Part shown: positions 53,923-64,000 of the stretch, piece after piece
Numbering within the stretch: position 1 is the first letter of the stretch
How the letters are laid out: each line of letters begins with the position of its first letter
Assembly (NCBI GenBank): GCA_963741955.1
Contig: CAVUKB010000005.1
Span: 864,001-928,000, forward strand
DNA: 64,000 nt
Reading direction: 5' to 3'
Origin: an uncultured Acidobacteriota bacterium
GTDB lineage: Bacteria > Acidobacteriota > Thermoanaerobaculia > Gp7-AA8
The notes under the pieces: model-generated
What the model was told of the DNA's origin: nothing
Seen by the model: the letters and a program-made list of their open reading frames with translations, nothing else
Database searches by the model: none
Translations under genes and position numbers: made by a program

Positions 53923-56060
53923 CTATCGAACACCCGCTGCACGTAGGACATCTTGGGGAATCTCGCCTGCATCGATTGCATCTCGGAGCCGGTCGTTCCA
54001 GTAGCCAACATTAAAGTTACGGCTCCTCCGGGGCCCACCGGGGCCAGGGATATGCAATGGCCCTCCGGTCGCGGGGTTATATCGGTTCTCAGACTTCAGT
54101 AGTTCAATTAACTTGGCTTCCTGGCGCCCTACGTGATGGAGATTAATGCGCTCCCATTCGCCAGCCGCATTTTTCGCGAATGGGGCATTCCCTCCCGCCA
54201 TCAGACGTACGTTCTCCACACTCCAAGCTATGTCGGAACGCTGAATTATCATCTCTCCTTCAAATCGCTTCGCCTTCGAGAAGACCGATGAATCGCCAAA
54301 TGTCGCGGCGGCGTTTCGAAGAAACTGTTCCTCCTCCGCTGTTCGGGCAATTACGCCGAATATTCCGGCCCCTACTCTTACCGCACCGGACTGGACCTCG
54401 CCCTGAGCAATTTTTCCCGCAGCGTTAACACCTACGCCACCCACGTCTCGGTATGTCGCGTCCTGGAGCGCTCGACCCGGATCACGATCGCGGGTCGCCA
54501 CGCCTTGAGCCTCCGCAATATCCGGATCGTCGGATAACTGATACCCGCTACGGTATTTTCGATCCAGCGCCTCGGAGTATCTCTTCTGCCCTTCATTCCC
54601 CCAATCGGTACCGAACAGCGCGTGAAATCCGCGCGCGAACAACCCCGGCCTCTTCGGCGCATTTGGATCGGTTTCCGGCTTGTTTTCGAGAAGAGTTTTC
54701 AGCTCGTGAAGGAGATCGATCCTGCGACCATCCCACTCAGCATAATGCTTCGCGCAAAGTTCGGTGACGATTTCCTGAGACCGCTCAATCCAGTACGATC
54801 CGAGCCCCCTCGGATCCCTCCCATTGACCGGATCCCCGCCTGCGAACGCATACAGGTTCGAGCTATCCCGATACCCCATGGGATCCGGCGAGAGCCACGT
54901 CCCCGTCTCCGGGTCGTACCATCTCGCGCGGACATAGTTGTGGCGGGTGAGGGGTTCGGTGAAGGGCTGCGCCTGGAAGCGCGCCGTGAGCATCGCGCCC
55001 ATGGGGCTCTCGCCGCCACCGGCTATGGGCGCCGCCGAGGCGAGGAGGGCGAGCGAGTCGACCTCGTAGAGCTTCTTCGTCGCGCTCCCGTCCGCCGGGA
55101 TCGAGGCGAGCCAGCTCGAGAGACTCGAGAGCGATTCGCGCAGCTCCACCGGGAGCTCCCCGGAGCTCGTCACCGGTTGCGTTGCCGTCGCCCAGTCGGG
55201 CGCCGGGAGGAGCGGGACGTCGGCTCCCCACGCCGCGGCCCGGAGCTCCTTCGTCACCGCCACCGACAGCGCCGCCGGCGTGAGCGTCCCCACCGGAGAC
55301 GCGTCAGTCAGTGCGGTCCACTGCGGCGCCGTCAGCGTGAAGCGTGCCGTGTACGGATCGTTGTCAATGAGCTGCGGGACTACGCCCGACGATCTTACCA
55401 CCGCTCCCGCGGCGTCGACCTCCGCCAGCCGCACTCCCGTCGCCACCGTCGCCGCGTTCAGCGCCTCGGTGGTCCGCACCGTGACGTCCACCGTAGTGAG
55501 GTTGCCGTCGTGGTCCTTTTCGGCGCTGATTGCGATCCGGTCGACCGCGGCGCCGCTCAAATCGAGCTCGTGCGCGCCGAACGGATCGTTCGGCACGTTG
55601 CGCGCGACGATCTCGCCGCTCGCGTTCAGCACCGCGTCGAGGTTCCCCGTCCCCGCCTCGTCGTAGACCGGATAGAAGCGGTCGATCTCGCTGCCAGTCG
55701 TGCCCGGGCGCGTGGAAACGCGGGTGGTCTCGATCGGATCGTCGTACGAGAGCCCGCCGTGGACGATCTGCGCGAGGAGCCCGCCGTTCGCATCCATCGA
55801 TGCGTTCCGGCTCGCCCCCGCCTTGAAGATCGAGACGAGCGTATCGGACAGCGGATCCCACACGAGCGTGACGTCCGCCGGCAGCCCGTCGCTCGCGAGG
55901 ACGTCGGCGCGCGACTCGAGATCCCAGCTGAGCGTCGCGAGGTCCGCCGCGGGATCGGTAACCTCGGCCATCTCCGCGCGCCGGCCGACGAGGCGGTCGT
56001 TGCCGTCGTAGTCGTACAGGATCCGCCGGATCTCCCCGTTCGCGGAGGTGGGCTTCTCGG
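53923..56060 (-). pseudogene. Orphan RHS core plus LHH (HNH/EndoVII) nuclease toxin
   Basis: RARWYDP..SPDPMG..DPVNGRDPRG; tip INLHHVGRQ...LH....YW; frame extends upstream of the ATG at 55971. Confidence 0.88.
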
Positions 56061-56160
56061 TCGCCAGCCGATGGGCATCCGGTTTGGATCGAAGACTCTG
56101 CGGCAGCTATACTCTGTTCTCGCAGAATCTGGCGCGCTTCGAGTCGAAGGAGAACGGTCA

Positions 56161-56385
56161 ATGGTTGAATTCGAACCCCGAATCACGATCGATCCGGAAC
56201 AGTGTGGAGGTCGTCCCTGCATTCGCGGTATGCGCATCCGCGTCTCCGACGTCCTCGATCTCCTTGCATCGGGGTTGACCACCGACGAAATCCTGATCGA
56301 AATGCCGGACCTCGAGATCGAGGACATTCAGGCGAGCCTGCGGTACGCGAGTCACCGTATCGACCATCCTGTGATCGCAGCATGA
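56161..56385 (+). CDS. DUF433 antitoxin
   Basis: RITIDPEQCGGRPCIRGMRIRVSDVLDLL...EDIQASLRYA. Confidence 0.9.
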   Translation: MVEFEPRITIDPEQCGGRPCIRGMRIRVSDVLDLLASGLTTDEILIEMPDLEIEDIQASLRYASHRIDHPVIAA

Positions 56386-56744
56386 TCCTCTGGGTTGACG
56401 CACAACTCTCTCCCCAGCTCGCGCCGTGGATCACCGCCACCTTCGATGTCGAGGCTCTTTCGATCAAACGACTCGGTCTGCGCGATGCATCCGATCGCGA
56501 GATTTTCGACGCCGCACGTACGGCCGATGCGGTGGTGATCACGAAAGATGCCGACTTCCCTCGCCTTCTCGAGAGCCGTGGTGCACCGCCCCGGGTGATC
56601 TGGATCACCTCGGGTAACACATCGAACGCCTCTCTCCGGCACCTCCTCGAGAAGGCCCTGCCGGAAGCACTCCGGATGATCGAGAATGGCGAGACTCTCG
56701 TTGAAATCACTTCCCGCTCGACTCATCGAGAGTCGCGCTCTTGA
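56382..56744 (+). CDS. DUF5615 PIN-like toxin
   Basis: WVDAQLSP, DASDREIF, ITKDADF, GNTSN; ATGA overlap. Confidence 0.88.
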   Translation: MILWVDAQLSPQLAPWITATFDVEALSIKRLGLRDASDREIFDAARTADAVVITKDADFPRLLESRGAPPRVIWITSGNTSNASLRHLLEKALPEALRMIENGETLVEITSRSTHRESRS

Positions 56745-56862
56745 TCGAATTCATCGCATTACCGCGTCACGTCGACGGGTATTCGACTCCGTCCCCTTAG
56801 ACGCCGTTCCAGACGGATCTTCGCATTGATATGATCCTTCGCCAGGCGCGCACGCCCACCAA

Positions 56863-58221
56863 GTGCCGCGCCCCTCACGAGGTCAACTCTTGCTCCGCTC
56901 TCTTCTTCTCCTCTCCGCTCTCGGCGAGTTGCTCGTCATCGTCTTTCTGAGCCTTACGCTCGTTCAAGCGAATACGCTCGACGCGCTCTGGCTCGAGCGG
57001 CAGCTGCGGCTGTACCGGAAGACGAACAGGAGCGCGCGGCGCGCGACGCGCAGCGAGAAGATCGTGTTCGCGATCCTCTCGCGGCTCGTACCGCGTTGGA
57101 GGGATCTCTCGATCGCGTTCACCCCGCGCACGGTCATGCGATGGCGGCGCGAGTGGGTCGCGATTCTGATGCGGCGGCGTCAGCGCATCTGCGCTGCGCA
57201 GGCTCTCCGAAGAGACCTGCGAGCTCGTGCGGCAGATGGCGCACGAGAACCGGCTCTGGGGAGCGGGGCGGATCCTCCGGGAGATCGCGAAGCTCGGGGT
57301 CTCCGTCTCACGGAACACGGTCCGCCGCTATATTCGCGAGGTACGTGGCCCGCGCCCGCGTCGCGATCAGCGATGGTCCACGTTCATCCGCAACCATGCG
57401 GACGTCACCCTCGCGATGGACTTCGCCGTCGACTACGTTCCCTCGCTTTCGGGCAAGCTGCGCGAGGTCTTCATACTCGTGCTTCTCGAAGTCGGATCGC
57501 GACGGCTGGTGTGTCTCGAAGCGACCGAACACCCGACGCGCGAATGGATCGACCAGAAACTCCGGCAGGCGGTTCCGTGCGATCATCGATACCGCTTCCT
57601 CGTCCGCGACAACGACCCGCTCCGGGACGGTGTCGATGCGACTCTCGCCTCGTTCGGCATCGAAGCGCTCCGCATCCCTCCGGGCTCTCCGCAGGCGAAC
57701 GCGTTCGCCGAGCGGATGATCGGCACTCTCCGTCGCGAGCTTCTCGACCGGATCTGGCCCCTCGGCGTCCATCACTTGAGCCGCCTCCTCACCCGCTACC
57801 GCGCCTACTACAACCGCTCCCGTCCTCACATGGGCCTCGCCGGCCGTGTCCCCGATCCGCCGCCGGGTCCGCGACTCGTCGCGACCTCTCGTCATCGCAT
57901 CCCAGCCGGCGCGGCTCTCGCCGCCATCCCGCACCTCGGCGGTCTTCATCACGAGTACCGTCTCGAGGCGCGCGACCGCGCTGCGTAGCGCCCGAATCGA
58001 ACACGATTTTCAAAGAGCATCTGCGCGCCGCCGGGCTACAATCAGGACGGCACACCCGCGCTCAAACGATCGGTCACGCCCCGTTGCCCGAGGCGACGAC
58101 ACCGTCTTCACGCTCGCCCGGTCCGCTTCGCACCACCAACTGCTCGCTCTCGTCTTCGAGATCGCCCATGCCGCAACGAGGGCTCCAAAACTGCTGGTGA
58201 TAATCGTTTTTGACCCCCACA
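56863..58221 (+). mobile_element. Integrase-core (IS3/IS481-like) transposase element, frameshift at about 57200
   Basis: TVMRWRR (frame 1), then ENRLWGAGRI..WSTFIRNH..MDF..RDND..NAFAER..GGLHHEY (57227-57988); end motif AATCGTTTTTGACCCCCACA. Confidence 0.82.
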
Positions 58222-58357
58222 GTTTTGCGCCGCGACAGCAGGTCGAGCCCGATTTCAAGCCTCGCTCACCACGCGATTCAGCCCTCGTCCGACCGACTTG
58301 GCCGAAGAACGAAGCTGTGACCCTATTCTTCCCACCGCATTTCATCCGACTCCGTTG

Positions 58358-59005
58358 TCACCGTTGCCACTCTCCAAGAAACCTTCGAATTCTCACGTTC
58401 GCATCTAACAGCTCGTCGACTCGCATAGCATGCCGGGCCAGTGCTATCAGCAAGCCCTTCTTTATAATAATAACTTCTACTTTCGCGCGTGATAGTCTAT
58501 CGACGATCTCCTCAATCGGGTACTGAAATGCGCGCCGAATCAACTCTGCATCGAAGTAATTCACAACGTGAAGACGATATATATCATGGCGTTCATCGAC
58601 GTCGTCGTCGTCGAAATCGACGTCTATCAGCTCGTCCGGACCGATTTGAGCTCGGTATGCCCGAAATGCTTCGATGTATATCGGAAGCACTCTCTTCACA
58701 ATTTCATTGAAATCTACTTTTTCCGAGTCGAATTCGAGGTTTAGAAAGTCGTCGTCAGCACCTGTATCGGAGAGCCCTTCTCTGAATACATATCCGACCC
58801 TCCCTTTGTACGGCCCTTCCAAGTATGGCCTTAAATCCATCGTGGTCAGGAGGCTATCTCGGAATGGCGGCAGCTTTGAACTCGCATCAGGCGATATTCG
58901 CCACTCCGATGGTGCCGATTCCGATTCCTTGACCAGTTTTGCATGCTTGTCCCTGACCGATTCACGCTCATCTGGCCTCGATTTAAGAAAGAGAGAGTAC
59001 TTCAT
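58358..59005 (-). CDS. Putative immunity protein of the main RHS toxin
   Basis: 215 aa, ATGA overlap with the rhs stop, acidic, lower GC. Confidence 0.72.
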   Translation of the reverse strand: MKYSLFLKSRPDERESVRDKHAKLVKESESAPSEWRISPDASSKLPPFRDSLLTTMDLRPYLEGPYKGRVGYVFREGLSDTGADDDFLNLEFDSEKVDFNEIVKRVLPIYIEAFRAYRAQIGPDELIDVDFDDDDVDERHDIYRLHVVNYFDAELIRRAFQYPIEEIVDRLSRAKVEVIIIKKGLLIALARHAMRVDELLDANVRIRRFLGEWQR

Positions 59006-62000
59006 CTCGGCACCACCCTTATGGCGACTCCTCTTAATCCGACTAGTCGCAGTGCTCGCCTGGCCTGGCGAGCCGCGCCTTCAGTCGGCACCTCAATTCG
59101 TAATCTGTAACCGGGATTCTGTCGTAGCGCTATCCCAACACGGCGAAGGTCCTTCAGCTGCTTGCTCTTGGTGGTAACCGACAACTTTCTGTCGATCAAA
59201 GTGTTTCCCTCGAGCCCGTCGAAACGTACAAGAGGCTTCCCCACCGCGTTTGGATTGTCGAAAAGCAAGGCGGGAACTTCATTCTGTCGGGTTAGGACAG
59301 AAGATCTTGCACCGAACGCGCCCGCCTGGTATTCCAACGCAGTGTCTCCTGCCGTTGTCCTTTCGCTAACCCATACTACGCCCCGACGCGGGGGCATTCC
59401 ACAGTTATGGGAAAGTAACCATTGCGAAGTGAGAAAGTACGCATGGTCTCCTTCCACTTCGATGTCAAACACGCGCGCCGCGCCAAATTCTCGCCCGATC
59501 CAAGCGATCGTCGCCTCACCCGTCTTCGTACGAACGCGTTCGCCGACGGTGAGATCCCGGGCCGTGATCCAGTCATGCCGATCGATGGAGAACAGACGGT
59601 GCCATGGCGAGGACCACATCGCTTCGTCCATTCCGGCGAACCGGATCGAAAGGATCTCGTCCTGATGGGCGTACGTCGCGAGGACAACGCGGCCTGAACC
59701 GGGCGCGATCGGTGGTACCGCTTCCACGCTGATCACATCGGCGGCGTCGCGAGCCTTCCGTTCGGTTGCGAGCTCGATCGTGCGGCCCGGGTATGCCTCG
59801 TGGGCCACGATCCACCCGACCGGTCGCAACATTTCGATCTCATAAGCGTCGTTCGGGTCAGCCGGGTTCGGCATTTCCATCTTCACGACATACCACTCGG
59901 CGGCATCGACCGCGGTCGAGCCGTCTGGTAGATCGGGGTCGAGGCCCGTGGTCGCTACGCGATCGCCGACGTGAAGTTCCTCGATCGGCTTGAAACCGCC
60001 GGGGGTCGCGATATCCGTGTTGCCGATGAGGCACGACCCGATCGGACAGGGCTCCATCGATTTCCATCCGCTCCGTGCTTCGACCGATTCCATCGTCTCC
60101 GTGGCCGCGTGCCGCTCCAACTGGGCGGCCTCTCGGCGAGCGAGGCCTTCGGTGGCGGACCGGAAGGTCGTCCGCTCGGAGAGCTCGGCCATGTTCGACA
60201 TGAATTTAGGGAGACCGACCCTTTCCGCTCCTTCGCCGATCAATTCCCCGGCCGATTGGACAAGCCTGCTATTCGCGACCCGTTCGAGGGTTCCGGAGAC
60301 ACCTGGAATCGCCTTCAGCACGGGCATCCCGACCTCGAAGACCGCGCCGAAGAGTGCGCCCATGGCTCCGCCCTTGACTTGGGCCACACCGAATGCCCCC
60401 CAGTCACCTTTGAACGCGGCCCCGAGGCTCTCGAATGCTGCTCCGCCGAGCGCCGCACTCGCCACTCCGCCCGTATCGAACGACGCACCGACCTCCGCAC
60501 CGATGATCCCGAATTGGACCGCCTGGCCGAAGTAGTGCCCGGCGCCCTTACATTGATCGTGGATCAGGCAATCGTTGATCGCTGAGCCGGCAGCCCATCC
60601 CGCGCCGAATGCGGTTCCCACGAGCCCGCCCAGAACCGTTGCGCTGTTCCCCGACGGATCCGACATATTTACCGGGTCGTTCCCTGCGTAGGCATAGAGG
60701 TCGGACGAATCTTTGTAGCCCAGCGGGTCGGGCGAAACGAAGCTTCCCGTCCCCGGGTCATACCATCTCGCGCGGACGAAGATCGTCCCGTCCGCGGGCT
60801 CGCGGAACGGGAGGACGTGAAAATCGAAGAGGAGGTTCGACTTGGACTGCTGGCGCCCGACGAGATAGAGATCCGGTACGTCGTAGAGCTTGCCGGTCGA
60901 CCCGAGAACCGAGAGCGAGACTTTCTTCACCAGCGGGTATCCAGGCCTCGCCTCGGCGCGGCCGAGCTTCGTCTCCCAATCCGCCACGGTCTGGAGAGGT
61001 GCATCCCCCCACCCCGCGAATCGGAGAGAGTCGGCGACTGCGATCTCGAGCGACGCAGCGCCGGCCGTCAGCGTGTCCCAGGATCCGCCGTCGAGCGTCC
61101 AGAAGATCGTGTGATCTCCTGCGACAGGGGCAACGGTGGTTTCACGAGTCGCGGACTGATCGGCAGCCAGCGCCGTGAGCTTCACGCCGTTCGCCACCGT
61201 CGAGGGGTCGACCGGCTCGGTGAAGCTGATCGTGATCGTGTGGATCCCGCCCGAGACGCTCACGTCGATCCGATCGGCGACCGCTCCCTGGATGTACCGC
61301 GGCGCGTCGCCGTAGGCATCTGCGTAGAGGACTCGCTCGACGAGATTCCCTTCACCGTCCGTCACCGCCTGGAGGGATCCGGCCCCGGCCTCATCGACAA
61401 TGGGCAAGTACCGCGAGGGTGCCTCACCGGCCGCCGGTGCGACCAGGACCTCCACCGGGTCGTCATAGCCCTGATCGCCGTGGAGGATCTGGCGAAGCAG
61501 TCCGGCGTCAGGCTCCGGGTTCCCGGCCGCAATGGCGCCTCTCACGATTGCGGAGTCGTACATCGCAATGAGCGTGTCGGAGATCGGATCCCAGACGAAT
61601 GTCGTCTCGGCAGGCAACCCGTCCCGAGCAAGAACCGTCGTCCTCGTCTCGAGCGTCCAGCTCCCGTCCGCCTCTTTCTGCCAGGCGGTCCGCCCGACGA
61701 CACGATCGTTCGGATCGTAGTCGTACACGATCCGACGTCCTGCGGCGTCGTTCTCCTTCGAGACGAGCCGACCGCGGACGTCGTAGCCGAGAGTCCACGC
61801 GCCGCTACCCGCACGCCGCCCTCCCTGCCAGCTGAAGCTCTCTTCGCCTTGATCGACGCCGTCGTTCGAGTACTTCCGATGCTCGATCTGGTGGGCAGCA
61901 TTGATCACGTCCGCGTACCAGGAGAGAGGCGTCGTCTGATTCGCAGTTGCGCCGAGGAGGTCGAAGTCCGTCGACCCGAGACGAGACGGTTCGATCTTTC

Positions 62001-64000
62001 GCTCGATTCTTGCGTCGGCGTCACTAATCGTGTCGCGACTCCGCGGCTCTTCAGACGATGCATCATTCCGTCTGAGGAGAGTGCTCGTCTCGAGCCGGTC
62101 TCGCGCGTCGTAATCCCAGTTCGAAGTTCGATTGGTCATTCCGAGATCGCGCGCCGACTCGATGAGCTGCTTCGGCCCGAGTGTGATCTCCGTCCCGGCG
62201 ATGCGAGACGTTTCCGAGACGATCTCCATCCGTCCCAGGTTTCCCACGGGCCGACCGGGGGCGACCGAGGCAACGGGCACGACGGCGGTCCCGTCGGGCT
62301 GCGGAAGGTCGGCGTAGCCGAGTCGCGCGGTCAACGAGGCGCTACCATCACCGACGGAACGCTTCCTCTCGGCGAGCCGCCCGCTGCCGCGAGCGATGCT
62401 GGACGTGAGGAGCCGCGAATCCGGTGTCGCCGTCGCTCCGGCGGCAGTCTGTTGTGCGGTGATGTTGCCGGCGCCGTCGTAGGTCTGTGCGATCCAGCCG
62501 TGCCACGGCCCACCGGGCTCGGACGACGGGAGCGTGGCTCCGACCGCAGGCATCCGCCACCGCAACCTCTCGCCATCGAAGACGGACCACTCGTGCCCCT
62601 GGGTGTAGACCTCCGCGATCTGCGGCGCATCCGTGAGGCCCGACCCGCAGGCAACCGCCGCTGGAATGCATCCGGTCTTCGTGTATCGGATGGTACGCGT
62701 CACGTGCGGCCGGCCGAGCAGGTCGTACTGGTCGTACTCGATCGCCGCGTCGGCGCTGGCGATGCGGGTCAGGCGCCCGCCGTCGTCATACGCGTAGCGG
62801 ACGAACGGATCGGGATCGAACGATGGATCGGTTCCGTTTCCGCCGAGGTCCTCTTCGAGGAGCCGCCCGCCGCTGGGATCGTACTTGAACCAGATCCACT
62901 GGCCGGAGCGGTCCCGCTGGGCGAGAACCAAGCCCGTCCCGTTCTCGTACCGCGTCTCTTCATTCGTTCCATCCGGGTATCGGACCTTGACGGTCCGACC
63001 GAGTCCGTCGGTGTCGAAGAACGTGACCTGCCCCTCTTCGTCGATGTACTGCCGAAGAGTGCCCCTCTCGTCATAGACCCGGCGAACACTCTTCCCGTCG
63101 GGCAGCGTTTCGTTCCACATCAGTCCCCGGGAGTCGTAGCTCATGAACGACGGGGGCTGACCCGGATTCTGAGACATCAGCTGGTTTCCGGCCTCGTCGT
63201 AAGAAGCCAGGGTCGTGTAGGTGCCGCCCTCCGTCACCGAGATGGGCCGTCCGAGTCCGTCGTATCCGGTCGTCGTCTCGGTTTGTCTGGCGGCTCGCGG
63301 CTCGATCGAGGTGGTAGACGTCGGGAGGTCACCGAGGAAATCTCCAAAGCGAGTCTCCGCGAATGTGTCAGCGGGAGCGATCAGCGCATCCGGCCCTGCA
63401 GCCTCGCCGCTGAGCTTCGAGGTCACGCGTCCCGCGAGATCACAGGTGATCTGCTGGGCGCGAACCGGCGCGGTGTCGGCGAAGGTGGCATCGGTGAACT
63501 GGAGTGTCCCGGTGCGCTGCGTGGTAACGGCATCGCCGTCCTGCCAGGAGAAGGCAGTCGCGCGCGCCGCACCCGTGTCGTCGATCCGGTCGGCGCTGAG
63601 ACGGAGACGCCCGTTCGCCGTGTACGAGCTCCGGCCGTGCGCCATGAGGACGAGATTCGCGGAGCTCTTGCGCTCGAACGACTGGGATTCGACGACCTCA
63701 TCCCATGCGTCGTAGGAGACGTGATCACGGGTGCCGTCAGCGAGGATGTCTTCGACTGGGCGGCCGAAGGCGTCGTTTCGGGTCAGCGTCGCTACCCGGT
63801 GGCCGTCGGTTTGATAGGTCACCTTTCCGTTGATGTCATACGCAACTCGCGCGTCCACGCTCTCGGATCCATCGGCCGAGACTCTCCGGGTCGCGATGGT
63901 GCGACCGAGCCCGTCGAGCCTCGTCACGGTCCGCGCAACCGCAGCTGAGGTGCCGGCGATCGCTGGATCGACGTCGGTGATGCTTCGATTCGCGACGTCG
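59002..64000 (-). CDS. RHS/YD-repeat toxin with a Hint domain and a restriction-endonuclease-fold tip (5' end outside the window)
   Basis: YD repeats; DPVNMSDPSG; Hint CLIGNT...SHN/C; tip EYQ..VRFDG..LIDRK (Tox-REase-5-like); frame open to the window edge. Confidence 0.92.
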   Translation of the reverse strand, partial: DVANRSITDVDPAIAGTSAAVARTVTRLDGLGRTIATRRVSADGSESVDARVAYDINGKVTYQTDGHRVATLTRNDAFGRPVEDILADGTRDHVSYDAWDEVVESQSFERKSSANLVLMAHGRSSYTANGRLRLSADRIDDTGAARATAFSWQDGDAVTTQRTGTLQFTDATFADTAPVRAQQITCDLAGRVTSKLSGEAAGPDALIAPADTFAETRFGDFLGDLPTSTTSIEPRAARQTETTTGYDGLGRPISVTEGGTYTTLASYDEAGNQLMSQNPGQPPSFMSYDSRGLMWNETLPDGKSVRRVYDERGTLRQYIDEEGQVTFFDTDGLGRTVKVRYPDGTNEETRYENGTGLVLAQRDRSGQWIWFKYDPSGGRLLEEDLGGNGTDPSFDPDPFVRYAYDDGGRLTRIASADAAIEYDQYDLLGRPHVTRTIRYTKTGCIPAAVACGSGLTDAPQIAEVYTQGHEWSVFDGERLRWRMPAVGATLPSSEPGGPWHGWIAQTYDGAGNITAQQTAAGATATPDSRLLTSSIARGSGRLAERKRSVGDGSASLTARLGYADLPQPDGTAVVPVASVAPGRPVGNLGRMEIVSETSRIAGTEITLGPKQLIESARDLGMTNRTSNWDYDARDRLETSTLLRRNDASSEEPRSRDTISDADARIERKIEPSRLGSTDFDLLGATANQTTPLSWYADVINAAHQIEHRKYSNDGVDQGEESFSWQGGRRAGSGAWTLGYDVRGRLVSKENDAAGRRIVYDYDPNDRVVGRTAWQKEADGSWTLETRTTVLARDGLPAETTFVWDPISDTLIAMYDSAIVRGAIAAGNPEPDAGLLRQILHGDQGYDDPVEVLVAPAAGEAPSRYLPIVDEAGAGSLQAVTDGEGNLVERVLYADAYGDAPRYIQGAVADRIDVSVSGGIHTITISFTEPVDPSTVANGVKLTALAADQSATRETTVAPVAGDHTIFWTLDGGSWDTLTAGAASLEIAVADSLRFAGWGDAPLQTVADWETKLGRAEARPGYPLVKKVSLSVLGSTGKLYDVPDLYLVGRQQSKSNLLFDFHVLPFREPADGTIFVRARWYDPGTGSFVSPDPLGYKDSSDLYAYAGNDPVNMSDPSGNSATVLGGLVGTAFGAGWAAGSAINDCLIHDQCKGAGHYFGQAVQFGIIGAEVGASFDTGGVASAALGGAAFESLGAAFKGDWGAFGVAQVKGGAMGALFGAVFEVGMPVLKAIPGVSGTLERVANSRLVQSAGELIGEGAERVGLPKFMSNMAELSERTTFRSATEGLARREAAQLERHAATETMESVEARSGWKSMEPCPIGSCLIGNTDIATPGGFKPIEELHVGDRVATTGLDPDLPDGSTAVDAAEWYVVKMEMPNPADPNDAYEIEMLRPVGWIVAHEAYPGRTIELATERKARDAADVISVEAVPPIAPGSGRVVLATYAHQDEILSIRFAGMDEAMWSSPWHRLFSIDRHDWITARDLTVGERVRTKTGEATIAWIGREFGAARVFDIEVEGDHAYFLTSQWLLSHNCGMPPRRGVVWVSERTTAGDTALEYQAGAFGARSSVLTRQNEVPALLFDNPNAVGKPLVRFDGLEGNTLIDRKLSVTTKSKQLKDLRRVGIALRQNPGYRLRIEVPTEGAARQARRALRLVGLRGVAIRVVPR

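Noticed and set aside
59404-60033. Homing-endonuclease intein
   Set aside because: No LAGLIDADG motifs; the position before a toxin tip fits a pretoxin Hint domain.
60817-63948. 1043-aa plus-strand ORF (also 19474-21816, 42585-44192, 49262-50767, 13013-14467, 50970-53384)
   Set aside because: These are antisense or alternate-frame shadows of well-supported genes in high-GC DNA, with no motifs of their own.
35824-64000. Prophage, T6SS or complete integron
   Set aside because: No phage structural genes, vgrG/PAAR or tyrosine recombinase in the window; the 'integrase' ORFs are DDE transposases.

Overview
High-GC bacterial chromosomal window; the gene content (kinase with PD40 propeller, tilS-hpt-ftsH-radA) suggests Acidobacteriota, which is an inference. 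Positions 1-35.7 kb are mostly core or metabolic: the end of an IS1182 with an abutting MITE, a Ser/Thr kinase, an FAD oxidoreductase, an AbrB-Doc TA pair, an acetate module (GNAT/acyl-CoA-synthetase acetyltransferase, PAS-LuxR, porin, MFS, acs), a 2-oxoacid dehydrogenase E1a/E1b/E2 plus lipB-NUDIX/lipA operon with Fe-S genes, a 2.3-kb REP/BIME-like tandem array, hemB, tRNA-Met, tilS, a degenerate hpt, ftsH, radA and an M23 peptidase. Positions 35.8-64 kb form an RHS polymorphic-toxin locus on the minus strand. One long rhs runs off the window and carries a Hint domain and a REase-type tip. It is followed by four orphan toxin-immunity modules (LHH/SMI1, HNH-like split by ISL3, URI2-like, PoNe-like). 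The modules are separated by ISs (IS21, two ISL3, three integrase-core elements), three TA pairs that share upstream sequence, a 2-kb TIR-bounded element, and a 1.2-kb non-coding diverged palindrome with covarying hairpins and attC-like ends. All four RHS cores carry an unusual insertion of about 160-190 aa that looks Ig-like. Several single-base frameshifts in housekeeping genes suggest consensus errors. All family assignments are from motif recognition only; no searches were run.
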